DNA of 64,000 nucleotides from a virus, in IMG/VR virus record IMGVR_UViG_3300037067_020797, positions 1-64,000 of that record. One strand, written 5' to 3'. Of the stretch, positions 48,529-57,664 are shown one piece after another; the first letter of the stretch is position 1, and every line of letters begins with the position of its first letter. The notes beneath the pieces were generated by a model. The model searched no databases. It saw only the letters and a list, made by a program, of their open reading frames with translations, and was not told the origin of the DNA. The position numbers were made by a program, and so were the translations under genes.

Positions 48529-48780
48529 TTATTCGGTCAGTGAGGTAGTTGAAATAATCTCATTATTTATATGTGCTTTAATGGTTATTGTGCGCCGACC
48601 TGTAGAATTATCAATAGTGCAAACCATTCCAGGAACATTTTCAAATTGATGAAGTATTTCCTCTGTTGACATTTTATGCATTATTCTTGAAAATTTAAAA
48701 GCCGCCCATGTAATATAAGGATGTTTTATCCAAGATATTAATTTTTTAGGATTAATTAATGTAATTTTATGCTGATTCAC
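48529..48780 (-). CDS. small hypothetical protein
   Basis: 83 aa. Confidence 0.3.
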   Translation of the reverse strand: MNQHKITLINPKKLISWIKHPYITWAAFKFSRIMHKMSTEEILHQFENVPGMVCTIDNSTGRRTITIKAHINNEIISTTSLTE

Positions 48781-48911
48781 ATTTACTCCTTTGATTTTAA
48801 TAATTCGGCTGACTTACGCCAGCCGTTTATACCATATGAAACACAAATCGATGCAGGTTATTTAGTCGGAATTATGTAACCGAACTATAGCAGGGTACTC
48901 TGCATTTATCC

Positions 48912-50609
48912 CTAACCAGCTTCGTATACCGATGCTTGATTTATTACAATTATTTTCTTGCCTTTAAATTTCAATGTTGCACCCTCTTCTACTTCGTCAC
49001 ATTGAAAATCTTTATAGGTATTTTTAACCCAGTTAAATCCACGAATAGAGCATTCATGTGCGGAATAAATGGTGTTATTATTAAAAGCAAGGGAATCTAA
49101 AGGCACTGCATACTTATTATTTGTATCGTGATAAAGAGTTTGTGTGCCCTCAAATATATAAGTTACAAATTGTCCAGATGATCTTTCATATATAAATAAC
49201 CATCGTTTAGAAACATTATCATAATGTAAACCATAATTAACCGGTTTCATTATTTCAGTAAGTTCTATAAATTGTCCATTAATTTCAACGACAGTTTTGT
49301 GATCATACATATTTATAACTATATAGCCGCCTAACGAATCAACTTCAAATAAGTTATTAATAGCAACATGAGTATCAGTGTAAAAAGCACTGCCCTTTTG
49401 ACTATATACACATGAGGAAAAACCTAATCCCGGAGTAATGTAATAAAATGTATTATTACCCATAATAACTATACGACTATTATGTAACTTAGGTATCGTG
49501 GCTGCACCTATATGAATATTATCTGCAGTCACATAAAGTAACGTACCATCACTTAAATAGTAAGTTTTCTTGTTAAAATAAATACCGGTCTCTTGACCAG
49601 TAGGAATATGCACGATAGTGTTATTTTCACTTATATATAGCTCTTCAGATAACATTTCTTTACATTCGGTACTTGAAAATAACCTGACTATTTTTATCTC
49701 GCCGGCCGTTACTTTAACTGGTTTGATTGGCTTTAAAGATGCAGTATAACATACTGGGCATTTATCATACTGTCCATAATAATCGTTTTTATGTTTACTA
49801 CACCAATTGAGATTTGATGTAAATTCTGTAAGACTATTAGTTAACACGGTTCTTATACCAGTATCATATATACGATGTAGGTCCTCTAAAAATCCTGGAT
49901 GCATATATTCCCACGGATCTATGATCTTAGGAATAATGGCTTTAACTTTTGGATTTAATACTGATAGACCTCTCTTCATCCTTTCGATAAGATCTAAATC
50001 AGGTTTAATATTTCCACCAAATGGATGAAGCCTGGTTAGACTTTTAAATGCAAGTATAGCAAACGCGTACGCGTCTGTACCTGCATTAAAATTACATCCT
50101 TTTAATTTAGGGTCTTTAAATGCGTCCATTGCAACAGTACATGGATATGAACCGACGCTCCAGCTGTCTGTATCTAATATATAAGGGTGAAAATTTTCAG
50201 TAAACACAACATTAGAATCATTTAGATCACCGATAAAAATATTTTGCGAATGAAGTTCTAATAGCGCATTACGTAAATCTATTAGCATTTGTAATATATT
50301 GTGAATTTTAATTCCATAAGTTGCAAGAGTTTTACGATTGGTTAAAGCGCGAAACTCTTCAATCTCATTTAATTTTTCCATAGTATAGCCTATGAAATTT
50401 CCGGCAGCATCATGCAGTATATCTTTAGGACCTATAGCTATACCAGGCAACATTGTTTGAAGAAGGATTTCAATTTTTTTGTACTTTGAATCTAAATCTA
50501 CTACTGGTTTAAATATTTTCATTATTTTGCCAGTACCTTTGTGAATATAGATCTGGCCCTCCCCACCTTCTGCGATAGGGGTACCTAAAGTTCTTTTATC
50601 GAGTTTCAT
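48912..50609 (-). CDS. eukaryotic-like Ser/Thr protein kinase domain protein with a C-terminal beta-rich domain
   Basis: Gly-rich loop GGEGQIY. Lys in KIMKIF. Catalytic-loop-like HSQNIFIGDLNDSNVVF. DTD in the DFG position. Confidence 0.5.
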   Translation of the reverse strand: MKLDKRTLGTPIAEGGEGQIYIHKGTGKIMKIFKPVVDLDSKYKKIEILLQTMLPGIAIGPKDILHDAAGNFIGYTMEKLNEIEEFRALTNRKTLATYGIKIHNILQMLIDLRNALLELHSQNIFIGDLNDSNVVFTENFHPYILDTDSWSVGSYPCTVAMDAFKDPKLKGCNFNAGTDAYAFAILAFKSLTRLHPFGGNIKPDLDLIERMKRGLSVLNPKVKAIIPKIIDPWEYMHPGFLEDLHRIYDTGIRTVLTNSLTEFTSNLNWCSKHKNDYYGQYDKCPVCYTASLKPIKPVKVTAGEIKIVRLFSSTECKEMLSEELYISENNTIVHIPTGQETGIYFNKKTYYLSDGTLLYVTADNIHIGAATIPKLHNSRIVIMGNNTFYYITPGLGFSSCVYSQKGSAFYTDTHVAINNLFEVDSLGGYIVINMYDHKTVVEINGQFIELTEIMKPVNYGLHYDNVSKRWLFIYERSSGQFVTYIFEGTQTLYHDTNNKYAVPLDSLAFNNNTIYSAHECSIRGFNWVKNTYKDFQCDEVEEGATLKFKGKKIIVINQASVYEAG

Positions 50610-50644
50610 TTGCTTTTTTAATTAAATTTTAGTATATTTATATA

Positions 50645-51346
50645 ATGCCACATTTTAAAAATCTTCTAAATAAACAATTTGGACGACTTACAGTTATTGA
50701 AATAACCGATAAACGTACTCCTACTGGCAAAGTAATATGGAAATGTAAATGTTCTTGTAATAAAATTCATGAAGTTAATTCTAATAGTTTATTGTGTGGA
50801 TCCACTAAATCTTGTGGATGCCTACAAAAAGAATGGGCCGTTATTAATGGAAAAACTCGTTTACATGATGTAACTGGTCAAACTATTAACGGTATTAAAA
50901 TTATTCGCATGTCTGACAAACGATCAGGTAGAAATGCATATTGTTTTGCTTTATGCCCAGTTTGTGGTAATGAATGGGAAGTACAAGCAAGTCTTTTAAG
51001 AACGAGGCATTCCACACAATGCAAAACTTGTAGTTTCCGAGCCATGTCATCAAAAACAGCTGAAAGGCTATTCAACAAATTAGAAGACAAATTGGATCTT
51101 AAAATTATTCGCGAATATCGAATTAACAATCGATTTTTTGATGGCTACATACCAGAATTAAAATTATTAATAGAGTCTGATGGTAGTTACTGGCATTCTA
51201 AACCCGAAAGTGTAGAAATCGATGCCGAAAAAGATAAGTTAGCCAAAGAAGCGGGTCTACAATTAATTCGAGTAACTAATAATAATGAAAAAGATCATCC
51301 CGCTGCAATAGAAAAAATTTACAATGCAATTGTTATATCATCTTGA
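50645..51346 (+). CDS. zinc-ribbon repeat protein with a C-terminal DUF559/Vsr-like PD-(D/E)xK endonuclease domain
   Basis: Three Cys clusters at the N-terminus. C-terminal YIPELKLLIESDGSYWHS...LIRVTN resembles the DUF559 endonuclease core. Confidence 0.4.
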   Translation: MPHFKNLLNKQFGRLTVIEITDKRTPTGKVIWKCKCSCNKIHEVNSNSLLCGSTKSCGCLQKEWAVINGKTRLHDVTGQTINGIKIIRMSDKRSGRNAYCFALCPVCGNEWEVQASLLRTRHSTQCKTCSFRAMSSKTAERLFNKLEDKLDLKIIREYRINNRFFDGYIPELKLLIESDGSYWHSKPESVEIDAEKDKLAKEAGLQLIRVTNNNEKDHPAAIEKIYNAIVISS

Positions 51347-52002
51347 AAATAATTGTAATTACGATTTATGAAAAGTTTAACCGGCACTTCTTTACCCTTA
51401 AGCAGCAATTGTGCAAACTCTTCTTGACGTTCCTTTGGCATATTAAATAAAAAGCGAAGTCCATCAGTTGCTATGCCTATGTTTTTATATTCAGATTTTG
51501 GATACGTTAACGTGGTCACAGTTATCTTATCTTTATAGACGCTAAACGCTACATGTGGGATATAATTATAACCATAGAACTCTACAAATCTTATGCCCAC
51601 ACCAAGTTCTTTATAAGTAATAGTATTATCTTGATGTACTTCGATAATGAACCCATCACCTACATAATCTACCTTAAAATGGTCGTCTCTTTCCTTAACT
51701 ATTAATGTGGTAAATAAAAGATAATCACGAATAATTTCTATACCCATCCTATCTAATTCTTCGGGATAACGGTCTAAATCAAATGAATTAAAAACATCCT
51801 GGCTTACATCAGGTATATCAATTGGCATTCCAGATTGTACGCGGGTTCGAAACATAAGTTCAGCCAATTGTGCTCCAACTTCCGCATGTGGACTTGATCC
51901 ACATCCGTCAGCTACAAACTTATAATGTTCATCGATATAGCCAGCATCTTGTTTATTAAGGCCCGAATCTAAGTGTGATTTTCCGATTTTGCATATCAGC
52001 AT
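51319..52002 (-). CDS. PP2C-like protein phosphatase (tentative)
   Basis: FVADGCGSSPHAE resembles PP2C motif 1 (DGHGG). Later VGDGFII resembles the DG motif. 227 aa. Lies near the kinase. Confidence 0.3.
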   Translation of the reverse strand: MLICKIGKSHLDSGLNKQDAGYIDEHYKFVADGCGSSPHAEVGAQLAELMFRTRVQSGMPIDIPDVSQDVFNSFDLDRYPEELDRMGIEIIRDYLLFTTLIVKERDDHFKVDYVGDGFIIEVHQDNTITYKELGVGIRFVEFYGYNYIPHVAFSVYKDKITVTTLTYPKSEYKNIGIATDGLRFLFNMPKERQEEFAQLLLKGKEVPVKLFINRNYNYFQDDITIAL

Positions 52003-52089
52003 TATCCAACTCCTCTAATTCTTGTTCTGTATAAAACATCGTGCCTTCTTTACATTTACTACAGCGACCCTGTGATTCACAAAGTTCAC

Positions 52090-52356
52090 CTAACGGTGGT
52101 GCTGTACAGCAGATTGAATATCTTTTTGGTTCCATCGTTTTTCAAATTTAAGTGTTAATATAATTATTACGTTTGTTAAATTATGTTGTGGTGTTCCGGG
52201 ACTACATGCTATATGAGGCCCTGGATGGCCTTTTTCTCTGGTACAATACCAATATCCTGCGGGAGAAGCTTTACAATACATTATTGCAGCGCATTGTCTA
52301 GGATCTGCAGGAGGATTCCATTCCTGACAATAAGGGCAATTATCTGTTGTAGACAT
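52090..52356 (-). CDS. small Cys-rich protein
   Basis: 88 aa with CPYC...C..C...C...C. Confidence 0.3.
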   Translation of the reverse strand: MSTTDNCPYCQEWNPPADPRQCAAIMYCKASPAGYWYCTREKGHPGPHIACSPGTPQHNLTNVIIILTLKFEKRWNQKDIQSAVQHHR

Positions 52357-52376
52357 ATACTACCTTTATAAGTAAT

Positions 52377-52509
52377 AACCGCTGCAGATGTCTTTCGGTA
52401 TATTTATACCTTACTCATTTCTATTGTGTAAATATACACATTTTCGGTTTTGAGGGCGCAAGAACCCGTGACATCCTACCGACAAATAGATTTCTCTACA
52501 CAGCGGTTA
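52377..52509. repeat. 10-bp inverted repeat ATAACCGCTG / CAGCGGTTAT flanking a 113-bp AT-rich hairpin-containing segment
   Basis: Perfect terminal inverted repeats in a non-coding gap between two minus-strand genes. Confidence 0.35.
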
Positions 52510-52518
52510 TTTTGTTAA

Positions 52519-53178
52519 TTATACAAAAAATGCATCTTGATCCACCACTACAGATTTAGAGCTGGCAATCACTGATTTCGAAAGGCAGTCAAAACCTATT
52601 CTCAAATCATGTGCTGAACTCTTTACCGTTAGCAGATTTTTGAATCCAAGTTCCTTAGCAATATCATCCGCAAGAGAACCGAATGATATAAACGCAGTTG
52701 TAATCTCACGCTTATTTAATTCTCCAATAGCGGTTTTAGCCTTTGCTGCTGAGTTTTTAGATACAGTATCCTCTCCGTCAGAAAATATTGCAAATACCGC
52801 TTTTACTCGCATGCCTTGCGCCTTTAAGTGATCTACATATTGAACAAGTTTATCGACACCTTCACAAATGACATCGTACAAAGCTGTTCCACCGTAAGCA
52901 GAATAAGTTGTATCAAAATCCGAAACTTTCTTATATCCACCGACTGTTATTTGATCATTAAAGGTAGCCCTAGCTATTAATATTTTAGATTCCTCTTTAG
53001 ATGCAATCATTGCATCTTTGAAATCTTTTAAGCACTCTGCCATGTCTTTTTGATATTGATCCATAGAACCCGATGCATCAATACCTATAAACTGAAGATG
53101 TACGTCTTCACTATCGATTTCTTCGATAGAAGTATTTTCGATCTCGATTTGATCAAGACCATAGATTTCATCGCTCAT
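52519..53178 (-). CDS. vWA domain protein
   Basis: MIDAS motif FIGIDASGSMD near the N-terminus. Confidence 0.55.
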   Translation of the reverse strand: MSDEIYGLDQIEIENTSIEEIDSEDVHLQFIGIDASGSMDQYQKDMAECLKDFKDAMIASKEESKILIARATFNDQITVGGYKKVSDFDTTYSAYGGTALYDVICEGVDKLVQYVDHLKAQGMRVKAVFAIFSDGEDTVSKNSAAKAKTAIGELNKREITTAFISFGSLADDIAKELGFKNLLTVKSSAHDLRIGFDCLSKSVIASSKSVVVDQDAFFV

Positions 53179-54056
53179 AAAGAAAAGTTCTCCGTTGTTA
53201 CCAAGTTAACCTGATACTTTGATTTGAACTCTTTAAATGCTGCTTCGGTCGCTGCTTCGAACCCTGGAATGTTGCTCATACAGTCTTCCAAGATAAATAC
53301 GCGTTTGGTAATTTCCGGCTTTGCTTTATAATAATCTAGCATTTGGGAAATCGATTCCAAAACGCAATGAGACTTTGCTTCGCCGGCGATTACTACGCGA
53401 TCAAATGATTCCAGTTTATTAAGAAAACTCATGTTAATATAATTCTTGGGATCCCATTCAGGTTTAATTATACCATACATTTCGGTATCAGGATCGAGCC
53501 CTTTTACCAAACGTATCGACAGAGCCTTTCGAGCAACGCTGTGATAATAAACCATGTTGCTGACTTGTGGATCTAAAGCGCAACCTTGAGTTCCTTGCAG
53601 ACAATGATATGGCCAAATTACAAGAACTTTTTTATTGGATTTGCTCAAAGCTTCCACATAATCCCGAGAATGTTGCGGCCGAATTACCGGCCGATACTTA
53701 CCCGAATCAAGATCTGCTAAAGAAATGGCTGTGAATGGAGCTGGATTTTGACCGTTTTCATCTTCCCACCAACATGGGTGAAAAATTTGAAATGGGTTAT
53801 GAGTATCGATTGATACTGCAATCTGTGTAATCTTACCCATATTATCATAAATCCATTTGGTTACTCGTTTTACATCCTCATCGGCCCCTGGTACACCTAA
53901 TGCACCCGTCGGCATAAAATCTTGCTGTTCATCAATAAGTATAACTAATACGCTCTGCAGATCTTTTGCTGCAGATGTTAGTTGCTCGTTATTGGCAAGA
54001 ACAAGTAATTCATGTTGTTTCTTGCCGCTGACGATCTCATTATAGGATGTTTTCAT
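53175..54056 (-). CDS. isochorismatase-family hydrolase (nicotinamidase-like)
   Basis: VLVILIDEQQDFMP matches the isochorismatase/PncA D-x-Q-x-DF start motif. Candidate catalytic Cys in AGEAKSHCV. Confidence 0.5.
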   Translation of the reverse strand: MKTSYNEIVSGKKQHELLVLANNEQLTSAAKDLQSVLVILIDEQQDFMPTGALGVPGADEDVKRVTKWIYDNMGKITQIAVSIDTHNPFQIFHPCWWEDENGQNPAPFTAISLADLDSGKYRPVIRPQHSRDYVEALSKSNKKVLVIWPYHCLQGTQGCALDPQVSNMVYYHSVARKALSIRLVKGLDPDTEMYGIIKPEWDPKNYINMSFLNKLESFDRVVIAGEAKSHCVLESISQMLDYYKAKPEITKRVFILEDCMSNIPGFEAATEAAFKEFKSKYQVNLVTTENFSL

Positions 54057-54058
54057 CC

Positions 54059-54301
54059 TTATCCTTTCGGTAAAATTGTAACAATTATATTTGGTACATT
54101 TGTAGCTAATTTCTTAATGCCCATAAATGAATAACTAACATTTTTAACCTCGAATACTCCTGAAATATCTATATCACTTTGGGTTATAATAATTTGCTCA
54201 CCGATTCTTGGTACAGCTGGAACGTCGGCTTCAAAAGTTTTAACTTCTAATTCATATAAAGCATCGGTCTTACAGGGCCGATAAACAAAATTTACTGTCA
54301 C
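54059..54301 (-). CDS. small hypothetical protein
   Basis: 80 aa. Confidence 0.3.
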   Translation of the reverse strand: MTVNFVYRPCKTDALYELEVKTFEADVPAVPRIGEQIIITQSDIDISGVFEVKNVSYSFMGIKKLATNVPNIIVTILPKG

Positions 54302-54305
54302 TGTT

Positions 54306-54566
54306 TTATATCCAGTATTTCTTAGTCGCTATGCCGCAAATAATCCAAATAAATTCCAAAATCAACAGATGCACACCAATTAAAAATATGGCCACCGTTC
54401 CAAAGAACCATGCCGCTACTTTATACAGCGGTACATCAGCTGTTTTAAACAAACAGAAATATACTACAAACGCTACTATAGCAGTTTCCCAGATAGTCGT
54501 AATTGTTGCTAATATTACAAATACTATCAATAAAGCGATAACGATTAACACTTTGCTTGAAGTCAT
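54306..54566 (-). CDS. small membrane protein
   Basis: Three hydrophobic helices. An antisense ORF at 54331..54570 is an alternative, less likely reading. Confidence 0.3.
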   Translation of the reverse strand: MTSSKVLIVIALLIVFVILATITTIWETAIVAFVVYFCLFKTADVPLYKVAAWFFGTVAIFLIGVHLLILEFIWIICGIATKKYWI

Positions 54567-54708
54567 TTAGAACCTCCATTTGATATGTAGCCGAGAAGAA
54601 AACCAATAACAATGAAAAGCACACCAACAACAATAAATGGTAATATAAAACGAAGTACCATTATAATTATTACAATAACAAAGATACAAATTAAAGCTAT
54701 TAAAAGTT

Positions 54709-55014
54709 TCATATAAAATACCTTTCTATGTCGGCCCAATTTGTAAATCGTATAGCACGTGAACTAATATATGCCTGAGATTTTGGTGGGCTATTAGTTA
54801 CTATTACAGATTTAACTGTAATATAATTAAGCATTGGATGATGAGTTTCTATTAACCAATCTTCAATTTCTTTTTGTTTAGTTGGATCAGAAATATAAAT
54901 TGCTATCCTCTTATATTGGTAGTTAACCATCCTATCGATGAAATCAAATACTAATTCAGAAGATAGCACATCTTCACAATCAATTGTTATAAATGTATCT
55001 TCACTCATTGACAA
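54709..55014 (-). CDS. hypothetical protein
   Basis: 101 aa. Confidence 0.3.
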   Translation of the reverse strand: MSMSEDTFITIDCEDVLSSELVFDFIDRMVNYQYKRIAIYISDPTKQKEIEDWLIETHHPMLNYITVKSVIVTNSPPKSQAYISSRAIRFTNWADIERYFI

Positions 55015-55231
55015 TCTTTGCTTCTTGCAGTTCCATTACTTTGGAAAGCATTTGTTGATTGGTATTCTGTACAGCTAAAATCCAAACAGCTATGTCTTGA
55101 GTTTTATGTGACTTTATAAATTCTTCTAATTCTTTTTGAACTTCGGTTACCATGGCTTGCTGTTGAAAATGTGCTACAGTATTAAATGCGCGTTGAATTG
55201 CCACGTTATAGATATTTTCAACGTATTTCAT
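55001..55231 (-). CDS. hypothetical protein
   Basis: 76 aa. Its start lies inside the 3' end of the ClpP-like C-terminal reading frame. Confidence 0.3.
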   Translation of the reverse strand: MKYVENIYNVAIQRAFNTVAHFQQQAMVTEVQKELEEFIKSHKTQDIAVWILAVQNTNQQMLSKVMELQEAKIVNE

Positions 55232-55833
55232 CTACCAGCCCGTAATCTAAACAAGTCTTAGCATCAAACCAAAGATCATGATCAAGTATCTCATCTATTT
55301 TTTCTGCTGGGATTTTGGTATATTTAGTATAAATCGACTTAATCGTTTCCATCAATTTATCACTATTTATCATATCATCTTTTAACTCACGATATTTGCC
55401 AGCTCGCTGAAAACAATTGATGTATTAACATGAAAGCATTTGCACGGATAATACGTTTTTTGCCTACAACAGTAAGAAATGTAGCGGCGCTGGCACAACA
55501 ACCATCAACTACAGTTACAACCGGTACTTTTGATCCTATAATTTCATCCATTGCTGATAGTCCTGCAAAAATGCTGCCACCATAACTATTTACATGAAGA
55601 AAAATGCAGGCAGGATCGCGTTCTTGAATAGAGGCCTGTACAAGTAAATCATTATTTAATTCACGTAAACGTCGATTTAATTGTAAGATCTCAGAACGGT
55701 AAATTTCTGAATAGAAAAATATACGATTAGACACCATCTCTACAAATGATGGCTCTTTAAATATTTCCCCTGCACGTTTTTTTTCAACTTCTTCACGAGG
55801 GGCCTCTTCACCCCAAAAATCTTTTTTATTCAT
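55218..55833 (-). pseudogene. ClpP-like serine peptidase, interrupted by a +1 frameshift (N-terminal 148 aa in frame A, C-terminal about 57 aa in frame B)
   Basis: Frame A (55387..55833): VNSYGGSIFAGLSAMDEI and GCCASAATF match the ClpP catalytic-Ser region, and LIHQL carries the His. Frame A ends in TGA at 55387-89. The +1 frame across this point reads QRAGKYRELKDDMINSDKLMETIKSIYTKYTKIPAEKIDEILDHDLWFDAKTCLDYGLVDEIR, a ClpP C-terminus. Confidence 0.5.
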
Positions 55834-56938
55834 ATTTTAATAAGAACTCCGGATTAATATATTTAAATTTGAGTCTTCCTAATGTTCCTATCCGAGTAGG
55901 TTTCATTGCTACATAAACTACACCTTCGGCAGGAGTATCGTTATCATACTTTAATTCACTAACATATGTAAATTTTTCTTCCACATGTTTACGAATCGGC
56001 CCAAAATAAATTTCTTTTACCATTGGAATTTGATAAGTGAAGCAATAAGCTTGAAACCGAGAAGGAGACAAGAATTCTGATATATCGCCATTATACATAT
56101 CGAACGCAAAGAAGGTTATTTCTGTAAGTCCCATTTTATTTTTCTGAATACCGGGTCCACAGATTTCTCCTTGAATTGCAAATCGCTTAATATTATAAGT
56201 TGTTGCTATCTCTTTGACTTTATTAAGCAAATTATATTTATATGCAATTTGCCAATAAATATTTGTATTCTTAGGTTTTTCTCCTTCAACCCATTTATTT
56301 GCGCCTTCGTCGGATTCTTTAACTTCCCAATTACGACTACATACACCAACATGATCGGTTTCCGCATCATAAAATACCGTAATACTCATACCATCCATTT
56401 TTACACTGACGGTAAAATAATCGTCTAAATAAGGCTCGATGCTGCGGTTGTAATTTTGATATCGTTCAGCATCAGATTTTTCACACCAACCAGGGTAATT
56501 ACCGGCTGATAAAGGTGGAATACTTTCTGCAGGAGGTTCATATTTTATGATTTCAAAATATTCTGCAACATCATAATTTATAACATTGATTTTTTCTACA
56601 GGACCTTTTTTTAATTCATTTTCTGTTATCCATTGAAGAAGTTCAGTAGTAACATTTAAAAGAATACCTTGTGATACTTCACCACGGAGTCTAATAGTTC
56701 TGATACGAGATGTGCCATCAGCCTTAGCTCGAGGTTTAAGAAATTCGAATTCTGGTCTTGATATTTTCACCTTTGAATCAATAGGCACATATACCACAAA
56801 ATCACCAGGTTTACGAGCATGTATTTTATCAACACATCGCCAGCCTATTTCTTCGAATTCTATTAAATCTAATGCATCTGCATTTGGATGTTTAGTAACT
56901 GATTTAACAGTTACTATTGGAACTGAAAAAGTACTCAT
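55826..56938 (-). CDS. ATP-dependent polynucleotide ligase (KxDG nucleotidyltransferase, RNA-ligase-like)
   Basis: Motif I FTVSVKMDGMSITVFYD. 370 aa. Second ligase in the window. Confidence 0.45.
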   Translation of the reverse strand: MSTFSVPIVTVKSVTKHPNADALDLIEFEEIGWRCVDKIHARKPGDFVVYVPIDSKVKISRPEFEFLKPRAKADGTSRIRTIRLRGEVSQGILLNVTTELLQWITENELKKGPVEKINVINYDVAEYFEIIKYEPPAESIPPLSAGNYPGWCEKSDAERYQNYNRSIEPYLDDYFTVSVKMDGMSITVFYDAETDHVGVCSRNWEVKESDEGANKWVEGEKPKNTNIYWQIAYKYNLLNKVKEIATTYNIKRFAIQGEICGPGIQKNKMGLTEITFFAFDMYNGDISEFLSPSRFQAYCFTYQIPMVKEIYFGPIRKHVEEKFTYVSELKYDNDTPAEGVVYVAMKPTRIGTLGRLKFKYINPEFLLKYE

Positions 56939-57258
56939 GTAAATTTACTAAAATTTATTTCGTTTGAACCTTCGTTTACAGATTTAGCTATTGCTATAAC
57001 TACCGAGTATAATACTTGTGTTGTTTTTCCCTTTGTAGGATCGGAAATAAGCACAGCTTGTTCTTTAGTATCATCTTTTTTAAATTTTAAATAAGCACAA
57101 CCAGTATCTGCAATTAATTTATCGTCTGCACAAAATTCAGCAGAAGGAAAAAAATATGTTATAATATTAAATAAATCATCTGCAGATAAATCCATTGGAT
57201 CTATTTTAAATTTATCACATATCCAAGCATCAAGTTCTTTATCTGCCATCCAATTCAC
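56935..57258 (-). CDS. hypothetical protein
   Basis: 107 aa. Confidence 0.3.
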   Translation of the reverse strand: MNWMADKELDAWICDKFKIDPMDLSADDLFNIITYFFPSAEFCADDKLIADTGCAYLKFKKDDTKEQAVLISDPTKGKTTQVLYSVVIAIAKSVNEGSNEINFSKFT

Positions 57259-57664
57259 CTAATTTACTATATAAATAATCAAAGAACCGGCCAGTCCCAT
57301 TTACAAAAGCTCCGTGAATCGCTGCTGCTCCAGTGCCAAGACCGTACGCGCTGATCTTAATAGGCCGTCCATCCTTCTTCGCCTTTTCAATCGCTTCATC
57401 AACGACTTTTTTGAATAACTCGAAGTCTTTATCGGTATCTTGAAAGTAAGCATCTCTACCGGTTCCACGAGTTTTCTTAGTAGGGATGCCGATGGCATTG
57501 GATAAACCACGGCAGACCGCTTGGGTCGACGTGGGTATAAAGAATTTACCTTTTTCGTCGGGGCTGGCATCTTGAATATTTTCGCCGAATAAGTAAATGT
57601 GCTTCGTGTCGCTCTTGACTTCATCACGTGTCCAATAATGATTAACTGATTTTAACATATACAT
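57239..57664 (-). CDS. hypothetical protein (possibly NAD/ADP-ribose-pathway related)
   Basis: 141 aa. Weak resemblance of GRDAYFQD to the YbiA/NADAR-type DAYWG motif. Not reliable. Confidence 0.3.
   Translation of the reverse strand: MYMLKSVNHYWTRDEVKSDTKHIYLFGENIQDASPDEKGKFFIPTSTQAVCRGLSNAIGIPTKKTRGTGRDAYFQDTDKDFELFKKVVDEAIEKAKKDGRPIKISAYGLGTGAAAIHGAFVNGTGRFFDYLYSKLGELDGR

Noticed and set aside
57301-57627. 108-aa ORF in an alternative frame overlapping 57239..57664.
   Set aside because: Arg/Lys-rich low-complexity product. The 141-aa frame has start/stop overlaps consistent with neighbouring genes.
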